Shown: positions 10,267 through 20,214 of the stretch, piece by piece | How positions within the stretch are numbered: the stretch's first letter is position 1 | Layout of the letters: the number at the start of each line of letters is the position of its first letter | Origin: an uncultured Gammaproteobacteria bacterium | Lineage (GTDB): Bacteria; Patescibacteriota; Patescibacteriia; UBA11705; JABHMO01 | NCBI GenBank assembly: GCA_964486065.1 | Contig: CAZAKN010000002.1 | Span: 93,452-157,451, forward strand | Direction: 5' to 3' | Length of the DNA stretch: 64,000 nt | Program-made: the position numbers and the translations under genes | The notes under the pieces: model-generated | The model's input: the letters and a program-made list of their open reading frames with translations, nothing else | What the model was told of the DNA's origin: nothing | The model's database searches: none

Positions 10267-11784
10267 ATGCACTATCTGATTTATGCGGTAATTGGCGTTG
10301 TTTTGGGTTTATTAATCGGCTATTTCATCAGAAAACAAATCGCTCGCCAAGAAGCTGATTCAGTGGAAGTTAAAATTAAAAATCAACTTGAAGAAGCAAG
10401 AAACAAAGAACGGGAAATCTTACTGAAAGCCAAAGACAAAGCCCTCGCCATTATTGATGAAGCTAAAAAAGAAGAAATTTCACGCAGAAAAGATTTAAAA
10501 GAACAACAAAACCGCTTGGAAAAAAGAGAAAACCTTTTTGACAAAAAACTTTTGGAACTGGAATCAAAGCAAGGCCGTCTGCAAGACAAAGCCAAAGAAA
10601 TTGAAGAAATCAAACAAGAAATCCAAAATTTGCGTCAAGAACAAGTGGAAAAATTGCAAAGCATCGCCGGACTGTCAGAAGAACAAGCCAAGGATTTACT
10701 TTTACAAAATGTAGAAGAAGACATGCAAGACGCTCTTATGAGTAGAATCAAAAAGTTGAGCGATGAAACTGCCACGGAAGTGGAAAATCAAGCCAACAAA
10801 ACTTTAATCAATGTAATTCAAAGATGTTCCATTTCTCACGCGGTGGAAGCCACCACCACGGTAGTGGATCTGCCCAGTGAAGAAATGAAAGGTCGCATTA
10901 TCGGTCGCGAAGGACGAAATATTCGCGCCATTGAACAATTGACCGGCGTGGAAATCGTGGTTGATGATACTCCTCAAGTAATTACTGTTTCCGGCTTCAG
11001 CCCGATTCGTCGCCATGTGGCCAAGAAAACTTTGGAAAAACTGATTACCGACGGACGCATTCATCCGGCCAGAATTGAAGAAACCATTGAAGAATCCAAA
11101 AAAGAAATCGCTTTGGATATTAAAAAAGCCGGCGAAGAGGCATGTTACGAAGTTGGGGTTACCGGACTTGATCCTAAACTGGTGCAAATCATCGGCCGAC
11201 TGAAATATCGCACCAGCTACGGTCAAAATGTTTTAAAACATAGTGTTGAAGTGTCCAGTATTTCCGCTCTCTTGGCGGAAGAACTCGGCGCCAATGTTAC
11301 GATTGCTAAAAAAGGCGGATTTTTGCATGATATCGGTAAAGCGGTTGATCATGATATTCAAGGAACTCATCCGGAAATCGGTCGCGATATCGCAAAAAAA
11401 TTCAAACTGCAAGAAGACCTTATCCCACCGATCGCCGAGCATCACGAAGATCATCCCTCAACTCTTGAAGCGGTTATCGTCAAGGTGGCCGACGCTATTT
11501 CCGGTGCCAGACCCGGAGCCAGAAAAGACACTTACGAAAGATACTTGCAAAGATTGGAAGAATTGGAAGGAATCGCCAAGCGCGTAGAAGGCGTTGATAA
11601 AGTTTACGCCATCCAAGCCGGTCGTGAAGTGCGAATTTTCATCAATCCGGAACAAATCAATGATGTTAAAGCGCATGAAGTCGCTTCAAAGATCGCCAAA
11701 GATATTGAAAGTGAATTAAAATACCCTGGCGAAATTAAAGTTACGGTTATCCGTGAAAACAGAGTTATTGAATTCGCCAGATAA
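10267..11784 (+). CDS. rny: ribonuclease Y
   Basis: N-terminal TM, coiled coil, KH domain (GRIIGREGRNIRAIE), HD domain (GFLHDIGKA..); start taken at MHYLIYAV (the ORF track starts 21 codons earlier). Confidence 0.9.
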   Translation: MHYLIYAVIGVVLGLLIGYFIRKQIARQEADSVEVKIKNQLEEARNKEREILLKAKDKALAIIDEAKKEEISRRKDLKEQQNRLEKRENLFDKKLLELESKQGRLQDKAKEIEEIKQEIQNLRQEQVEKLQSIAGLSEEQAKDLLLQNVEEDMQDALMSRIKKLSDETATEVENQANKTLINVIQRCSISHAVEATTTVVDLPSEEMKGRIIGREGRNIRAIEQLTGVEIVVDDTPQVITVSGFSPIRRHVAKKTLEKLITDGRIHPARIEETIEESKKEIALDIKKAGEEACYEVGVTGLDPKLVQIIGRLKYRTSYGQNVLKHSVEVSSISALLAEELGANVTIAKKGGFLHDIGKAVDHDIQGTHPEIGRDIAKKFKLQEDLIPPIAEHHEDHPSTLEAVIVKVADAISGARPGARKDTYERYLQRLEELEGIAKRVEGVDKVYAIQAGREVRIFINPEQINDVKAHEVASKIAKDIESELKYPGEIKVTVIRENRVIEFAR

Positions 11785-11814
11785 TTAATTAAATCAATCT
11801 AGATCAATATTTTT

Positions 11815-11842
11815 AAAAGCCCCGCCTATGGCGGGGCTTTTT
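11815..11842 (+). terminator. intrinsic terminator after rny
   Basis: aaaagccccgcc-tatg-gcggggcttttt. Confidence 0.8.
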
Positions 11843-11908
11843 GTTGAAAATTTGCCACATTTTCCACGCTTTGATACTATATTTATACTAAAATTAATTC
11901 AAAAAAAT

Positions 11909-12712
11909 ATGGCTAATATAAAGATTTTGGCACTGGGAGACATTGTCGGCAAAATCGGTAGACGCGGGGTAATCACCGCCTTGCCTGAATTGAAAAAAAG
12001 ATACAAGCCCGACCTAGTGATAGCCAATGCGGAAAATTTATCCCATGGAAAAGGCGTCAGCGAGAAAACCTTAAATCAAATGATTGAAGCGGGAATTGAT
12101 TTTTTCACTTCCGGCAATCATATTTGGGACAATAAAAATGCGGATAAAATTTTCAATGAAAATAAATTACCGATTATTCGTCCGGCCAATTATCCAACCG
12201 GAGTTATCGGAGATGGCTATAAAATAATTGAAGTCGGGACTGCCAAGGTTTTAATTGCCAACCTGAACGGACGAGTTTTTTTCAGAGAAAATTTTGATTG
12301 CCCTTTTCGCGTGATGGAAAAAATCCTGGCTGACAACAAGCGAAAAAAAATTGATGCTATAATAGTGGATCTTCACGCTGAAGCTACCTCAGAAAAAAAA
12401 TCTTTTGCTCATTTTTTTGACGGCAAAATCAATTTAATCATGGGAACCCATACTCACACGCAAACCGCGGATGAACAGATTCTCCCTGGCGGAAGTGCCT
12501 TTATTTCCGACCTGGGAATGTGTGGCGCCAAACACTCCAGTCTGGGCATTGGATACGAAAGCGTAATTCGCAATTTTTTGGAACAAACTCCGGCATTGCA
12601 TGAGATACCGGAACACGGCACTTGCCAAATAAATGGAATTTTTGCTATAATTAAACAAGAAAAAGGAATTGCCAAATCCTTGGAAAGATTTCAAACCGAA
12701 GTGGAAATTTAA
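11909..12712 (+). CDS. ymdB: YmdB-like metallophosphoesterase (2',3'-cyclic nucleotide phosphodiesterase, TIGR00282 family)
   Basis: MANIKILALGDIVGKIGRRGV..., GNHIWD; conserved rny-ymdB pairing. Confidence 0.8.
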   Translation: MANIKILALGDIVGKIGRRGVITALPELKKRYKPDLVIANAENLSHGKGVSEKTLNQMIEAGIDFFTSGNHIWDNKNADKIFNENKLPIIRPANYPTGVIGDGYKIIEVGTAKVLIANLNGRVFFRENFDCPFRVMEKILADNKRKKIDAIIVDLHAEATSEKKSFAHFFDGKINLIMGTHTHTQTADEQILPGGSAFISDLGMCGAKHSSLGIGYESVIRNFLEQTPALHEIPEHGTCQINGIFAIIKQEKGIAKSLERFQTEVEI

Positions 12713-12771
12713 ATTAATATAGTTTTTAATAAATAATTTCTTTACAAAAAACACTTGCTTTTATTAATAAG

Positions 12772-13134
12772 ATGAAATCTATGAATAAAGCGGAACTTGC
12801 CGGCGTAATCGCCGATAAATGCTCGATTACCAAAAAACAAGCTGAAGACATGCTTGACGCCATGACCGCCACCATCATCAATACCATCAAAGATGGCGGA
12901 GAAGTAACCTTAACCGGCTTTGGCACTTTTTCAGCCAGAGTCAGAAAAGGTCGTGAAGGCGTCAACCCTCAAAATCCAGCTGAAAAAATCACCATTCCTC
13001 CCACAAAAGTAGTCAAATTCAAGGCCGGCAAAACCTTAAAAGATTCCTTGAAAGCCAGCGGATATGAATCCGCCCCCAATCCGGCACCGACAGAAACCGA
13101 GACAGAACCTCGAAATTCAATGGAAAACATGTAA
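12772..13134 (+). CDS. hup: HU family DNA-binding protein with a Pro/Thr/Glu-rich C-terminal extension
   Basis: MNKAELAGVIADKCSITKKQAEDMLDAMT..GFGTFSARVRKGREGVNPQN.. Confidence 0.8.
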   Translation: MKSMNKAELAGVIADKCSITKKQAEDMLDAMTATIINTIKDGGEVTLTGFGTFSARVRKGREGVNPQNPAEKITIPPTKVVKFKAGKTLKDSLKASGYESAPNPAPTETETEPRNSMENM

Positions 13135-13239
13135 TATTTCCCATAAGCAAAAACGGCTCTCGTAAGCTGTTTTTGTTTTTTTGTTATTTGTTTTATTTAC
13201 CATGTTAAGTTATAATATTGACAAATAATGTCATAAATT

Positions 13240-13731
13240 ATGGGCAAAACAAATCAAAATCCTTGGCAAGAACATTTGGAAAAATTGGACGAACATTATG
13301 CTCCTGATAATTTTTTTGCCGAACAAAACAATAAACCTTCTTCCTTGGAAAAAATCACTGAAGATTATTTCGCTAATACCCTACCCGAATCTTTGGAAAT
13401 GCCTGAACAAGGACAACTGAATATTGATATTTTTGAAGATGAACAAAATCTCTATGTTATTGCTCCCATGGCCGGAGTGAATCCGGAAGAAATAAATTTA
13501 ACCGTGGAAAAAGATGTTCTGACTATCAAGGGAGGTCGCCGAGACAATTACACTGAGAATATCGGCGAATGCGTTTACCGTGAATGCTATTGGGGATCTT
13601 TCAGCCGTAGCATTATTTTGCCTTGTACGGTTAAAGAAAACGAAGTCAAGGCTGAATTTGAAAAACACATTTTAAAAATCACTTTACCGAAAGAAACGGA
13701 AAAACAAGCGGTTGAAATCAAAATCGCTTAA
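13240..13731 (+). CDS. Hsp20/alpha-crystallin family small heat-shock protein
   Basis: ACD region with ..AEFEKHILKITLPK.. at the C-terminus. Confidence 0.75.
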   Translation: MGKTNQNPWQEHLEKLDEHYAPDNFFAEQNNKPSSLEKITEDYFANTLPESLEMPEQGQLNIDIFEDEQNLYVIAPMAGVNPEEINLTVEKDVLTIKGGRRDNYTENIGECVYRECYWGSFSRSIILPCTVKENEVKAEFEKHILKITLPKETEKQAVEIKIA

Positions 13732-13812
13732 ATTAAGATATGAAATATATTATCAAGCTTAAATTTTCCGATTTACATATTAAAATTTACATGCCAAGTT
13801 ATACAAGATAAT

Positions 13813-14022
13813 ATGCCCAATACCCAAGGTACAATTGACCGAATTGAAGAAGATCAAGCCGTGCTGATCATGGAAAACGGCAAACAATTATTATTGCCAC
13901 AAGATAAATTTGACTTTCCGCTGGTCGCGGGGCAAAAAGTAAATATTTCAGTTACGGAAACCGCTGACCCAAAGCTTGAAGGCGAAGCGAAAAATATTAT
14001 CAATCGTTTATTGAACACTTAA
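13813..14022 (+). CDS. small conserved protein (DUF3006-like)
   Basis: 69 aa; ..GTIDRIEEDQAVLIMENGKQLLLP.. pattern typical of DUF3006; stop overlaps the VanW start. Confidence 0.35.
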   Translation: MPNTQGTIDRIEEDQAVLIMENGKQLLLPQDKFDFPLVAGQKVNISVTETADPKLEGEAKNIINRLLNT

Positions 14023-14023
14023 T

Positions 14024-15964
14024 ATGAGAATTTTCAAACCCCGAGAAACCGAAAGTAAATTTTCCAAAATCGCCAGATGGTTGTTGCTCGGATTAACCAT
14101 CTTTTTTGTCATTGTGATAATTTTTTCTTCTTTGGTCGCCGCTTATAGTTATAAAAATCGCAATAATATTTTTCCCGGTGTTTCCGTCGCCGACATTGAA
14201 CTTGGTGGCTTGACAAAATCTCAAGCTCAAACGGTAATAATTGAAAAATTTCAACAAAATTTCCAAAACGGTTTTAATTTTACATTTAATACTGTTCGCA
14301 AAAAAATCAATAATGACAACACTGCCATTTTCTCATTAAACACGGAAAGTCTGGTGAATACGGCTTTTAATCAAGGACGCAACAAACATCCGATTATCAA
14401 CCACCTTGAAGTTTTACTTTTCCCTTTGTTTAAACGAACCATTCCTCTGGATTATAAATTTGACAAAGCCCAGCTACAAGAAAAATTAAAACAAGAATTC
14501 ACCGCTCTGGAACAACCGGTTAAACAAACCGAACTGCAAATTGAAATTTTGGATCAAAGCACCGGCAGTTATGATTTGTCATTGTCAGAACCGGCTTCAG
14601 GAAAAACTTTTCTCTACGGACAAGCGATCAATCAATTGCAAAATAGTCTTGAAGACTTAGAAAACCCGACCATTGAATTGACTCAGACAATTGAACACCC
14701 AAAAGTTACCGTCGATGAAGCTGAGAAAATGTTACAACAGGTGAAAGAAATTCTTAATTTGCATACCGTTAAACTAACTTATGAAGACAATGAATGGGAA
14801 ATACTTTGGACGGACTACGGACAATGGCTGACTTTTGATTTGGCTGACAATAATGTCGCCACTTTGTCTTTTAATCCTGAAATGGTCAATGTGCAATTGA
14901 CGGCCATGGCGCAAGAAATCAACAGCGAACCGATAAATGCTAAACTTCAAATGCTGGACGGAAAAGTAACGGAATTTCAGGCTAGTAAGCCGGGACGAAA
15001 TTTGGACTTTGAAAAAAACCACGAACAGTTGGTTCGGCAAATAACTCAAAATTTACAAAATCAGATTGAATTAATCGTTGACATTAAAAATCCGGAAATC
15101 AGCGTCGGCAACACCAATGAGTTGGGTATTCAAGAAATTATCGGCGTAGGTTGGTCCAACTTTTGGGGTAGCCCTTATAATCGTCGTCACAATATTGGCG
15201 TGGGCGCGGCGACTTTAAACGGAGTTTTGGTGGCTCCGGAAGAGGAATTCAAATTAGTTCCCACTCTCGGGAAAATTGACGCCGCCCATGGCTATCGCCC
15301 TGAATTAGTTATTAAAGAAAACTCCACCGTGCCTGAGTATGGCGGAGGACTTTGTCAAATCGCAACCACCATATTCCGCGCAGCTTTGGACGCGGGCTTG
15401 AAAATTACCGCGCGAAAAAATCACTCTTATCGCGTCGGCTACTATGAACCGGCCGGAACGGATGCCACGATTTATTCTCCTCAACCTGATTTTCGTTTTA
15501 TCAATGATACGAATAATTACATTTTAATTCAAACCAAAATTCAAGGGTATGATCTCACTTTTGAAATCTGGGGAACACATGATGGCCGAGAGGTAACCTT
15601 TGAAGGTCAAAAAAATGTTGATAATGTCAAAGATTTAGTTCCGCATATTTTTAATATAACCGCTCCCGGACCACCAAAGGAAATTGAAACAACCGAGCTG
15701 GAACCAGGCAAACGCCGTCAAGAAGAAACCGCTCATTACGGTGCCAGCACTTGGTTTAAAAGATTCATTAAAAGACCCGGCCAAACCGAGAATGAAGAAG
15801 AAACTTTTAGTAGCCATTATGTGCCTTGGCAGGCGGTATTTTTAGTCGGTGTTGATCCGGAAGCCAAAGAAAAACAAGCACAAGAAGATCTGGCGGAAGA
15901 ATCAGCCACCAATCAAGATGATTCAACGGAAAATAACGCGAATTCTGATGAAATAAATGAATAA
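14024..15964 (+). CDS. VanW-like domain protein, membrane-anchored
   Basis: N-terminal TM; VanW core ..GGGLCQIATTIFRAALDAGLKITARKNHSYRVGYYEP.. Confidence 0.8.
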   Translation: MRIFKPRETESKFSKIARWLLLGLTIFFVIVIIFSSLVAAYSYKNRNNIFPGVSVADIELGGLTKSQAQTVIIEKFQQNFQNGFNFTFNTVRKKINNDNTAIFSLNTESLVNTAFNQGRNKHPIINHLEVLLFPLFKRTIPLDYKFDKAQLQEKLKQEFTALEQPVKQTELQIEILDQSTGSYDLSLSEPASGKTFLYGQAINQLQNSLEDLENPTIELTQTIEHPKVTVDEAEKMLQQVKEILNLHTVKLTYEDNEWEILWTDYGQWLTFDLADNNVATLSFNPEMVNVQLTAMAQEINSEPINAKLQMLDGKVTEFQASKPGRNLDFEKNHEQLVRQITQNLQNQIELIVDIKNPEISVGNTNELGIQEIIGVGWSNFWGSPYNRRHNIGVGAATLNGVLVAPEEEFKLVPTLGKIDAAHGYRPELVIKENSTVPEYGGGLCQIATTIFRAALDAGLKITARKNHSYRVGYYEPAGTDATIYSPQPDFRFINDTNNYILIQTKIQGYDLTFEIWGTHDGREVTFEGQKNVDNVKDLVPHIFNITAPGPPKEIETTELEPGKRRQEETAHYGASTWFKRFIKRPGQTENEEETFSSHYVPWQAVFLVGVDPEAKEKQAQEDLAEESATNQDDSTENNANSDEINE

Positions 15965-15976
15965 AATAAATAAAAC

Positions 15977-16001
15977 AAAAACATGCCAATGGCATGTTTT
16001 T
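15977..16001. terminator. intrinsic terminator after the VanW-like gene
   Basis: aaaaacatgcca-at-ggcatgttttt. Confidence 0.7.
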
Positions 16002-16012
16002 AATTTAAATAA

Positions 16013-16130
16013 AAAACCTCTTTTACGGACAGACAAGAAATTTTTACTTAGGCGAAATCGAGCCAAAGCCTGATTTTACCTAGAAGCAAAAATTCCATGC
16101 TTGTCGTGTCTGCCCATAAAAGAGGTTTTT
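16013..16130. repeat. long imperfect inverted repeat (13-bp perfect core aaaacctctttta / taaaagaggtttt) enclosing about 90 nt with inner hairpins
   Basis: Seen directly; lies between the convergent VanW and clpP genes. Confidence 0.5.
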
Positions 16131-16236
16131 AAACTTAATATGCCATTTTAGCGCATATTGGACAATTTGTCAAGCTTGCCCCCACACAACCTGACAAATC
16201 GTCTATTTTCCCAAACTAACAGCATTATAGCAATTC

Positions 16237-16262
16237 AAAAAGCCCCTTAACAGGGGCTTTTT
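16237..16262. terminator. bidirectional terminator, serves clpP
   Basis: aaaaagcccc-ttaaca-ggggcttttt. Confidence 0.75.
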
Positions 16263-16318
16263 ATGCAGATTATATTAACAGTTTATGAACAATCCATTTT
16301 GAAACAATTTTTCTAAAT

Positions 16319-16930
16319 TTACTTAATAATCTTATCAATCAATTTATAATTCACCGCCTCTTCCGCAGTCATGTAATAATCACGATCCGCGTCTTTTTCA
16401 ATTTTTTTCAAAACCTGACCAGTATGTTTGGACAATATTTTATTCAAACTTTCCTTAACTTTCAAAATTTCTTCAGCTTGAATTTTAATATCACTGGCTT
16501 GACCTTGCGCTCCACCCATTACCTGGTGAATCATTACTTTTGAATTAGGTAAAATAAATCGTTTTCCCTTGGCACCGGCAGTTAAAAGAACCGCTCCCAT
16601 GCTGGCCGCCAATCCCACGCAAATAGTGCTAACATCGGGTTTTATGTATTGCATGGTATCGTAAATGGCCAAACCGGCGCTAACCGAACCACCGGGAGAA
16701 TTAACATATAGTTTAATATCTTTCTTGGGATCTTGGCTTTCCAGTAATAATAGCTGAGCTATTACCGTATTGGCAACGGTATCATCAATTCCACTGCCCA
16801 AAAAAATGATTCTATCCTTTAATAATCTTGAATAAATATCATAAGCTCTTTCTCCGTAATTGGTTTTTTCAATTACCGTTGGAACTAAATTCATAAATTT
16901 TTTTTGATTATTTTTAATATAACTAATCAT
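16319..16930 (-). CDS. clpP: ATP-dependent Clp protease proteolytic subunit
   Basis: ..[74 protein letters not shown].. Confidence 0.9.
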   Translation of the reverse strand: MISYIKNNQKKFMNLVPTVIEKTNYGERAYDIYSRLLKDRIIFLGSGIDDTVANTVIAQLLLLESQDPKKDIKLYVNSPGGSVSAGLAIYDTMQYIKPDVSTICVGLAASMGAVLLTAGAKGKRFILPNSKVMIHQVMGGAQGQASDIKIQAEEILKVKESLNKILSKHTGQVLKKIEKDADRDYYMTAEEAVNYKLIDKIIK

Positions 16931-17070
16931 ATTATTTATTAAGTCTTAAGTCAATGCTTGGTAAATACTCATATATTTGCCTAATTTAAGACAAAACATT
17001 ATATATATTATTTTTATCTATTGACAAATATTTAATATTGTGCTATAATTCTATATTAAAATCAATTAGT

Positions 17071-17440
17071 AATTCATCAAGTGATGTTGAGGAGAGAGAT
17101 TACTCTTTGCGAACACGGTCTTACGGGATTTTATTAATTTCAATCCGTCCCGGTAACACCGATCGCATTCCTCATCATCACTTGATGAATTAAATGAATC
17201 TTTAAATCAATTATCATTTCATTGATGGAGAGGAGAGAGAACGATTAATCCCTGCTAGGCTTTTATTAATTATCATTGAGCCATATCATATTAATCGCAT
17301 ATAGCGCCATCAACGCGTGTCTTCTTCATCAATGTGGTGATAATTTTTTCCATAAATAATCTTAATCAATCAAATGGGCTCTCGAGATGAGTAGACAGGC
17401 TCTAGGAGGGAATCTCTCTCCTCTATTCTCAACATGAGCA
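17071..17440. repeat. cluster of four 25-30-nt related motifs in alternating orientation (catcaagtgatgttgaggagagagatt and reverse complements)
   Basis: 17071-17092 vs 17170-17191 form a 22-bp inverted repeat with 1 mismatch; a diverged direct copy sits at about 17215-17244 and an inverted copy at 17410-17440. Confidence 0.6.
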
Positions 17441-17606
17441 AGTCTGCTCCTCTTGGGAGCTCCCCCAAGTCAAAGAGGCAATCCCCCGTGGATTGACCTT
17501 TTTGCTTTTTTTATAAACATTTTCAACTTAAGGTCAAGAGGACAACTCTTTTGAGCGACCGGCTTTTTTGTGATAAAATATCAAAGTAATAATAATTTTC
17601 ACCCAC

Positions 17607-20195
17607 ATGGGGAGACGCAAGAAAAAAAGATATCAATTGGCCGAGTTTTATGCTCTCAGCCCGGAAACAAAAAAAGGTATTTTCATTATTTTTTTATTCG
17701 CGATTTCAATTTTAAGTATTTTGGGATTTTTGGGATTGGCCGGCAAGGCCGGAATTTATATTGATTGGGGATTGAGCTTGGCATTTGGCATAGGGCGCTA
17801 TGCAGTGCCTTTTATTTTAATTTTGCTCGGCTATGTTCTCGCCAGACCCAGCCGTTATGAATTGAGTATTCCGAATTACTTGGGGATTTTGGTTTTTGTT
17901 TATTCCTTATTTGCTTTAATGCATATTCGTGAACCGTTTAAGCCTGTTTTTGAAATACCATTCACCGGCACGGGTGGAGGCTTTACCGGTTATTTAGCCG
18001 GTTATCCGGTATTTTTATATTTAGGTTTTTGGGGTGGCTTAATCACCCTAATCGCACTGTTGATTATTTCTTTATTACTAATGTTTAATACCAGCATTGA
18101 ATCCATCTTGGGGAAAATCAATATTTTCCGTTTGTTTTCAAGAATTAAAGATGAAAACGAGGAAGAAGAATATGAAGATGACGATGATGAAGAGTATGAA
18201 GATGAAGATGAAGATGAAGATGAAGATGAAGAATATGAAGACGAAACGGAAGATAAAGAAGTTGAATCTACTCCGACTCAACCGGCACCCGCGCCTCAAG
18301 CACCCGCGCCGACTTTGTCTGATAATGATTTACCCGGAAAACGCATTGTAGCGCCAAAAATAAAAGTTGATATACCTCTCAGCTTATTGGACAAAGCAGG
18401 AGGGAAACCTTCCACCGGAGACCTGCAAGCCGGCATGGATAAAATTGAAAAAACTTTGAAAAATTTCAATATTGAAGTGGAAATGGATGGCGTCCGCGTC
18501 GGTCCGACCGTTACTCAATATACTTTAAAACCAAGTCAAGGTGTAAAACTTTCACGCATCACCGCTTTGTCCAATGATTTGGCTTTGGCTTTAGCCGCGC
18601 ATCCGATCAGAATTGAAGCTCCCATTCCGGGTAAATCATTGGTTGGTATTGAAGTTCCGAATACCAAAGCGGCCACGGTTAAAATCCGTGAAATCATGCA
18701 ATCAAAATCTTTTAAAACTCGCGACTCAAATTTACACATGGTTCTGGGGAAAGATGTTGGAGGCAAATGTTGGACTTACAATTTGGCGAAAATGCCTCAT
18801 TTATTAGTGGCCGGTTCCACCGGTTCCGGAAAAAGTGTTTGTCTAAACAATATCATTATCAGCTTACTGTATCAAAATAACCCCGACAGCCTGCGTTTGA
18901 TTTTGGTTGATCCAAAACGAGTTGAATTCCCAATTTATAATGGAATCCCGCATTTGCTAACTCCGGTTATCACGGATGTCACCAAAACCGTAAATGCTTT
19001 AAAATGGGCCATCACGGAAATGGACAGCCGCTTTGACACTTTATCAAAAGTAAATAAACGCAATATTGAAGATTATAATAAATATGTAAGTAAATCTGAC
19101 AAATTGCCCTACATTGTAATAATCATTGATGAGCTAGCCGACTTGATGATTGCCGCGGCCGCTGAAGTTGAAAACTCCATCATTCGCTTAACGCAAATGG
19201 CTCGTGCCGTGGGAATTCACCTGATCGTGGCGACACAAAGACCTTCCGTTGATGTGATTACCGGTTTGATTAAAGCAAACATTCCAAGTCGTATTGCTTT
19301 CAGTGTAGCTTCTTTGATGGATTCCCGAACCATCCTGGACTCTTCGGGAGCGGAAAAATTAATCGGTCGCGGAGACATGTTGTTTTTAACTCCGGCCATT
19401 AACACACAGCACAGAATCCAAGGCGCGTTTTTAAGTGATGATGAAGTGCGCAAAGTGGTTAAATTTTTGAAAAACGCCAGTCAAGGCGAAACCGCTTACA
19501 TTGAAGATGTTACTGAAAAACGAACAGGCGCCGGAGGAACCAAGGATTTCAGCGGAGATCATGGTGATGACCTTTTTGAAGACGCCAAAGCCACGGTTAT
19601 TCAATCTGGCAAAGCTTCTGCTTCTCTTTTACAAAGAAGACTTCGAGTCGGTTACGCGCGAGCCGCTCGTCTAATAGATTTACTGGAAGAAGCCGGCATT
19701 GTCGGTCCGGCCGAAGGAGCCAAACCGCGAGAAATATTGATTGATCCGAACGCTCCCGAAAGCGTTCCATCCTTTGAAGAGAATCGCCCCGATCCGGCCA
19801 AAGATTATTCCGCTACCGCCTTGCAAATGAACCATTCTGATGAGGATTCTTCAGGTGAAGAAGATGAAAATCTTGACGAAGAGGATTACAACCAAGAGGA
19901 AGAAGATTTAGATGAAAATAATAATGATGAAAGCGATAATGAAGATGATGAGACAGAAGAAAACGCTAATGATCAATATGAGGAAGATGATGAAGATGAA
20001 TTTGACGAAGAAGATGAAGAAAACGATAACGATAATGATGAAACAGATGATGAAGATGGTGAAACCGAAGAAAGCGAAGATGATAAAAATGACTATAACT
20101 ACGAAGAAAGTGATGATAATGATGAAACTTTTGATGAAAAATCGCCAAAACAATTTCCCAAAAGAAAATCATCGGCGGAGGATGAAATCTATTAA
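17607..20195 (+). CDS. ftsK: DNA translocase FtsK with acidic low-complexity linker and acidic C-terminal tail
   Basis: N-terminal TM helices; motor domain with Walker A (VAGSTGSGKSV); gamma domain (LLQRRLRVGYARAARLIDLLEEAGIVGP). Confidence 0.9.
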   Translation: MGRRKKKRYQLAEFYALSPETKKGIFIIFLFAISILSILGFLGLAGKAGIYIDWGLSLAFGIGRYAVPFILILLGYVLARPSRYELSIPNYLGILVFVYSLFALMHIREPFKPVFEIPFTGTGGGFTGYLAGYPVFLYLGFWGGLITLIALLIISLLLMFNTSIESILGKINIFRLFSRIKDENEEEEYEDDDDEEYEDEDEDEDEDEEYEDETEDKEVESTPTQPAPAPQAPAPTLSDNDLPGKRIVAPKIKVDIPLSLLDKAGGKPSTGDLQAGMDKIEKTLKNFNIEVEMDGVRVGPTVTQYTLKPSQGVKLSRITALSNDLALALAAHPIRIEAPIPGKSLVGIEVPNTKAATVKIREIMQSKSFKTRDSNLHMVLGKDVGGKCWTYNLAKMPHLLVAGSTGSGKSVCLNNIIISLLYQNNPDSLRLILVDPKRVEFPIYNGIPHLLTPVITDVTKTVNALKWAITEMDSRFDTLSKVNKRNIEDYNKYVSKSDKLPYIVIIIDELADLMIAAAAEVENSIIRLTQMARAVGIHLIVATQRPSVDVITGLIKANIPSRIAFSVASLMDSRTILDSSGAEKLIGRGDMLFLTPAINTQHRIQGAFLSDDEVRKVVKFLKNASQGETAYIEDVTEKRTGAGGTKDFSGDHGDDLFEDAKATVIQSGKASASLLQRRLRVGYARAARLIDLLEEAGIVGPAEGAKPREILIDPNAPESVPSFEENRPDPAKDYSATALQMNHSDEDSSGEEDENLDEEDYNQEEEDLDENNNDESDNEDDETEENANDQYEEDDEDEFDEEDEENDNDNDETDDEDGETEESEDDKNDYNYEESDDNDETFDEKSPKQFPKRKSSAEDEIY
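18150..18250 (+). repeat. GAAGAT/GAAGAA codon-level tandem repeats encoding the (E/D)n linker of FtsK
   Basis: gaagatgaagatgaagatgaagatgaagaa.. seen directly. Confidence 0.7.
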
Positions 20196-20214
20196 TCATC
20201 TTTAATCATTAATT

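Noticed and set aside
18097-20205. Several ORFs on both strands inside ftsK (18097-18351, 19908-20153, 19912-20205, 19966-20199) with K/M- or F/I-rich translations
   Set aside because: They are generated by the GAAGAT/GATGAA acidic codon repeats of FtsK read in other frames or strands, and are not independent genes.
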